A stretch of 39,019 nucleotides of DNA. Origin: Hyphochytrium catenoides (lineage: Eukaryota; Protista; Hyphochytriomycota). Position numbers and translations under genes: made by a program. The notes under the pieces are model-generated. The model was not told the DNA's origin. It was given only the letters and a program-made list of their open reading frames with translations, and did no database searches. How positions within the stretch are numbered: position 1 is the first letter of the stretch; every line of letters begins with the position of its first letter. Location: NCBI GenBank assembly GCA_900088475.1, contig FLMG01002943.1, forward strand, positions 1-39,019, in the 5' to 3' direction. Of the stretch, positions 34,211-39,019 are shown in pieces.

Positions 34211-34928
34211 GGCGAGGAAGATGCGAGAGAGGCGAGAAAAATCAGCTTGACTGAAGAGGAAGGCAGCTAAAAAGCAAAGAAAGAACCAAAAGGGATAACA
34301 GGGAGAGCGTGCCCTATCTCTCTCGCCCTCTTTTGAAAAAAGAGAAAGTATGGTTCTCTTCTCTTTGCTAGCCCTGCTTCTGCTTGTGTCTTCCACTCCT
34401 CCCTTCCCTCTGAGGTGCCATCGTTCTAAGGTGCCATCCACCCTCTTTCTCCCTCTTCTGATGGGTTCGTTCTGCATTTAGATAGCGCACTCCCTCCTCT
34501 GATGTTTTTACTATCTATGCACTCTCTCTCTCTCTCTCTCCATCTCTCTCTCTCTCTCTCTCCATATCTCTCTCTCTTTTTATACCTCTCCCACTCTCTC
34601 TCTCTCTGCTTTTTATTTTTATTTGCAGTCACTCTTTCTTACATAGTCGTGATCTTCTCTAGCTCCACCTGGAACTTTTTTAGCAGCTCCTCAAGCTTCT
34701 GCTCGTGCTGCAGGTCCTTCACTCTCATCTCATACTCATTCTGAGAGATCAGGTTGTCTACTTTCCCCTTTAGTTCTGTGAGCTGGAGAGATTGCTCTTC
34801 AAGGTGTGACCGAGGAATGAGAACCTCTTCAGAGTAAGGAGAAGAGAGTTCGGCATCCTTCCGCAAGCCTTCCTTGGCCGCCTGACAGCGGAAGAACAAG
34901 ATAGGGAGAGGGATAGAGAGATAGAGAT

Positions 34929-34961
<33 letters not shown>

Positions 34962-36349
34962 TCCCGTAGAGGACAGGGAACACGGTGGGATGTCAGGATA
35001 AGAGGAGTAGCGGGGATAGGGAGACAGAGAAATAGACTTAAACAGGGAGAGACAGAGCGAGAAGTGAGATGGTACCAGGAAGGCAAAATGGGGCCCACAG
35101 CAGATATTGTCAACATACTTCGGAGCTAGTAAGACCCAAGTAAAAAGCTTCAGCTCGGCATGGAAACACGGAGAGGAAGAGAGAATGGATTGAACCGCAA
35201 CTTGCGGAAGAGTACGAGTATTTTCTAGAAGAATGCCGCGTTAAGAGAGACGGTTAAAGAAAGAGAAGCGCTGTGTCCTACCACCAGCATATCTGCACTC
35301 TGGAAGATCAGTAAAGAGCCATCTTCGCCAGCGGAGAGAAGAGTCTGTGCATCTCTTGACATAGAGAGAGAAGTTACCGGGAGAGAATGAGCCGAGTACT
35401 CTCGGCTCATCGAGGGGGAAGAAGGAGAGAGAGGAAGAGGAAAAGTGTAGATGACACTGCTTCGTCTCTCTCCTGCAGTGCCTGCGTACAAGGTCTTTCC
35501 CAAGGGATTGACATAGAGAGCGCTGATAGCGACGCCTACATCCACCTTCTGCAAAAGAGTGAAAGACGAGATATCTATCTCTCTGATGGAGTGATCACTG
35601 CCAGCTGTAGAGTTGAGAGGTAGAGAGGCGGAGGAGAAATGGAGGCGGGGGGAAGAGAGTAAGAGACAGAGTGAGAGAGCGGGAACACAAGAAGAGAACA
35701 AGAGAGAGAGCGAGAAGGAGAAGAGAGAGAAAGAGAGCGAGAGAAAGACAAGAGAGAGAATGAGAGAGATAAAAAGGGAGAGCAAGAGAGGGACGTCGGG
35801 GGAGAGACGAGTGAGAGAAAAAAGCGAATAAGAGAAGGACAAAGAGAGAGAGAAGAGGGAGCACAAATATAGAGCAGAGTCAGAGAGCGTGGGAGAGAAG
35901 GACCATGCCCCAGGGGACTGAGCAGGAGAAAAGACTGGCGTCATGACGATCTAGCATGGAGGTCCCCACTCATTTCTTTCTGCGCACTGCCGCTATATGG
36001 CCTCTCTTCCTCGCTCGCTCATTTCCCTCTGGCTCCTATCTCTCCTCTTTTCTCTATACTCTCTCTCTCTCACCTGCATAGACAATGTTAGGCTGGGATC
36101 CACAGCAGATCTGCGTGAAGGTAGTTCCCTCATCGCTGTACCCGGCGCCTAACTTTCTCCCTCCTCTCTTCAGCTCCCACGAGTAGATCCATCCATCCTT
36201 CCCCGCGGTGTACAGACGATGGTCGTCCTGCCGCCAGCAGATGTCGGCGATACTATCGCTGTGCCCTTGGATCATTGCAATCTGTAAGAAAGGAGAGAAG
36301 AGAAGAGAATAGGAAAAATTTTTCCGAGGGAGACCCCGGGGGTTTTGGT

Positions 36350-36382
<33 letters not shown>

Positions 36383-37343
36383 AGGACGAGGGGTAACGAG
36401 GAGAGATCACAGTAGGGGCAGGTCAAACGCATTTAGTCCTCTTTCTGTCGACTTATTAGCGGAGAGGAAGTGAGGGGAAGTTACGCAGGGAGGAGAGAGT
36501 CGAAACGAGCACGGAAGTGGTATAGAGAGAGGCACAAGAGAACGCGAAAGTGGGAGAGAGAGAGAGAGAAAGAAAGAAAGAAAGGAAAGGAGTAGAAGAG
36601 AGCGAGAGAGAGAAACGCCCGGTAAGGAAATGAAGAGGTGGACAAATAGAGCAAGAGAGGTAACGCTGCCTCAACCAAAGGGTCATTTTCACCTGGTCGA
36701 AAGAGAAAGTGTGGAAGAGAAAGACGGAATGGTTCTGCAATGCAGCGAAGAGGTGTCCGCCATGGGAGAACTTGACTTTCTTGCAGTTTCTGAGGTTAAA
36801 GTGCTTGAAAGGCTGAATATCGCTGATGATAATGTTCATCATTGTCACTGAGTTACTGAAGGCCGCTAAGAGAAGAGTGCCTGATGGATGAAAGGAAATA
36901 GAAGTGGGGACCTGGAGGAAAGAAAGAAAGAGTGGATAAGGAGAAGGAACAGAGAGACGAGGGACAAGAGACAGACAAAGAGAGAAGGAAAGAGAGAAAG
37001 AGAGAGAGAGACAGNNNNNNNNNNNNNNNNNNNNNNNNNNNNNNNNNNNNNNNNNNNNNNNNNNNNNNNNNNNNNNNNNNNNNNNNNNNNNNNNNNNNNN
37101 NNNNNNNNNNNNNNNNNNNGGTACAGAGAGGGAGGGAAAAGAGAGGTAGACAGGAAAGAGAGAGCGTTGTCCCAAGAGCCATTGGGATGAAGGGACACAG
37201 GAGGCATTGGGAGAGACGCGTGGGACGAGTGGTAAGAGAAGAAACAGGAGAGTAGGTACGTGCTAGCTAAAGGAAGCTAAAAACATTTGGAAATGCTTCG
37301 GACAGGGTTTAACGGATGCGCAGCGGGCTAGGTGAAAAGAGAC

Positions 37344-37376
<33 letters not shown>

Positions 37377-39019
37377 TAGACCAATAGGTGCAACGTCATT
37401 AGAGGACCGTAAAAGGGGAAAGAGAGAGATAGAAAAGAGAAAAGCTCCAAGAAAGAGAGAGAGAGAGCGAAGAGAATCCCCTAGATCACCTCCTCAAGTG
37501 TCTTGCTAAACACGGCTTCTTTATCCACAAAGTTCCAGACTCTGATGGTCCTGTCAGCGCCACAGGTCAAGGCCAGAGGTCGTCTTACACAGGTTTCCAC
37601 GGTATAGATCTTCCAGGTGCCATCGGAACCAGGTCCGTGCGACTCTGAGAAGAGGAGCTCAAAGTTGTTGGGCTGATCCTCCTGGGAGAGAGAGACACAC
37701 ACACCACGAGGAGAAGAGTGAGAGGGAGATAAAAGATATAGCAGAGAGAGAGAAAAGATAAACCTGAGAAAGGACTGAGGTGAAGAAAAATAGACAAAGA
37801 AGAGATATGGGAAAGAAACGGTCCAAAAGAACCTGGGACCTGTGGTAGATTTTGAAGGGGACAGTGACTTTTTGGATTGGAGACAGGGAGAGAGACAGAG
37901 AGGCCGAGACAGAAGACAATTGAGAGAAAAGACGCTGAGGGAGAGAGAAGGGAGAGAAGCAGAGAGAAGGCACGATGCACTGAGGAGGAGATGGAGAGGG
38001 AGAAGGTCACTTTCCCTAACGCTACCTTCATAAGGTCCACTGACGCGAGATGCAGAGAATAAACCTTGTTCCCATTCACTGCCACGGCTAAGTAGTCCTC
38101 CGAAGGACTGAGTGCCAAGTCAGTGATCCCACCTTCGTCCTCTCCGCCCCCTGCGCTCTCGGGCACATCCAACATTTTCAGAGGACGAAAGAACTCTTTC
38201 CCATCTGTCTCTCTCTCAAAAACCTCAAGCTCCCCGTTCTTACACCCCGCGACAAAGCCTTTAGAGAAGCTCTGGAGGCAGTTGATGGTGAGCCCCTCGC
38301 CTGGCGAGTGAGGAAGAACACATTTGAACTCAAAGTTATCGAAGTAGAGCAGCTCTCCAGTGTCTGTTCCCACGATGACCTTGTCTCCAAGCCATTCATG
38401 GCAGGTGTAGGTGTGATGCTCTCTTTTGATAGAGAGCTAAAGGCGAAGAAAGTGAGAGTGATAGGAGAAACAAGATGCAGGGGAGAATGGGAAAGAGAGT
38501 TAGGTGGAGAAAGAAAGATGCGAGAGAAAGAGAAAGGGAGACATAAGGCAAAGGGAGGAAGTAGTGAGAGGGATGGGTTCACGTGAGAGGTAAGTCTTTC
38601 TTCGGTATGAGGGCTGGGAAAGGAGTCAAAAGAAAAAATAGACCAAGGAGAGTAAAGGACCACAGGGCCACTTTGAAGACAATGACAATGTATGAAGCGC
38701 TATAGGAAAAAGAGAGAGAGAGAAAAAAGTGAACGCAGGCAAGTTGCACTAATATCGATAGACGATAGAGGACATTGGAGGAGAAAAGAGGCTAGAGAAA
38801 CAAGTCCCGTCATTTTATGCCAACTCTGGCTAGAGGACCATTCATCCGAACCCGCGGAGGGAAAGAAGAGGAACAGATGGAGTAAGGGCTTTCCTCTCTC
38901 TCTCTCTTTCTCTTCTCTCTACCTTAATAGACTCAAACTGGCCTTCCGTCGTGATCCTATAGAACCTTAGAATGCCAATGCCTGATACGCAGACGACATT
39001 TACATCCAGAGGACAAAAG
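29980..39019 (-). CDS. CFAP57: Cilia- and flagella-associated protein 57 (WDR65), 5'-partial, 16 exons in window
   Basis: Exons 38923-39019+, 38026-38436, 37490-37681, 36693-36911, 36074-36281, 35282-35604, 34643-34881, 34000-34140, 33571-33760, 33096-33213, 32660-32766, 32201-32341, 31530-31753, 30965-31176, 30502-30645, 29980-30197, all phase-consistent. WD40 repeats ([42 protein letters not shown]) are followed by a coiled coil with the family signature [41 protein letters not shown] and RQREYLEK. Confidence 0.95.
37015..37119. other. Assembly gap (105 N) inside a CFAP57 intron
   Basis: Run of N within a GA microsatellite. Confidence 1.

Noticed and set aside
1-39019. Prokaryotic-style systems (CRISPR array, operon, defence island), transposons, rRNA or tRNA genes
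   Set aside because: The DNA is eukaryotic with spliceosomal introns. I saw no repeat-spacer array, transposase or reverse-transcriptase motifs, terminal repeats or structural RNA signatures by eye. Small ncRNAs cannot be excluded without a covariance-model search.
532-39019. A functional gene cluster linking lamin, uL1m, LMF, protease and CFAP57
   Set aside because: The functions are unrelated and orientations are mixed; nothing in the sequence supports co-regulation.

Overview
This is a eukaryotic nuclear, intron-rich scaffold with three small N-gaps. It comes from a flagellated organism (it carries CFAP57), most likely a protist, though that assignment is inference. Most ORFs in the supplied track are artefacts of (CT)n/(GA)n microsatellites. 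Splicing GT-AG exons by hand gives nine genes. (1) An 11-exon B-type nuclear lamin (536 aa: CDK site, IF rod, NLS, lamin tail domain, CaaX 'CTIM'). (2) Mitochondrial ribosomal protein uL1m. (3, 4) Two convergent, related PH-domain genes. (5) A lipase maturation factor (LMF). (6) An F-box/LRR protein ending in two tandem copies of a predicted beta-barrel module. (7) An intronless membrane-anchored pepsin-family aspartic protease. (8) A small bacterial-like protein with one intron. (9) The 3' part of CFAP57/WDR65. The most interesting signals are the complete lamin in a probable non-animal with its CaaX on a separate mini-exon, the F-box-LRR-beta-barrel fusion, the candidate laterally acquired gene, and a class of introns with (GA)n near the donor and complementary (CU)n near the acceptor that could fold into splice-site-bridging hairpins. 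No rRNA, tRNA, CRISPR array or recognisable transposon was seen.
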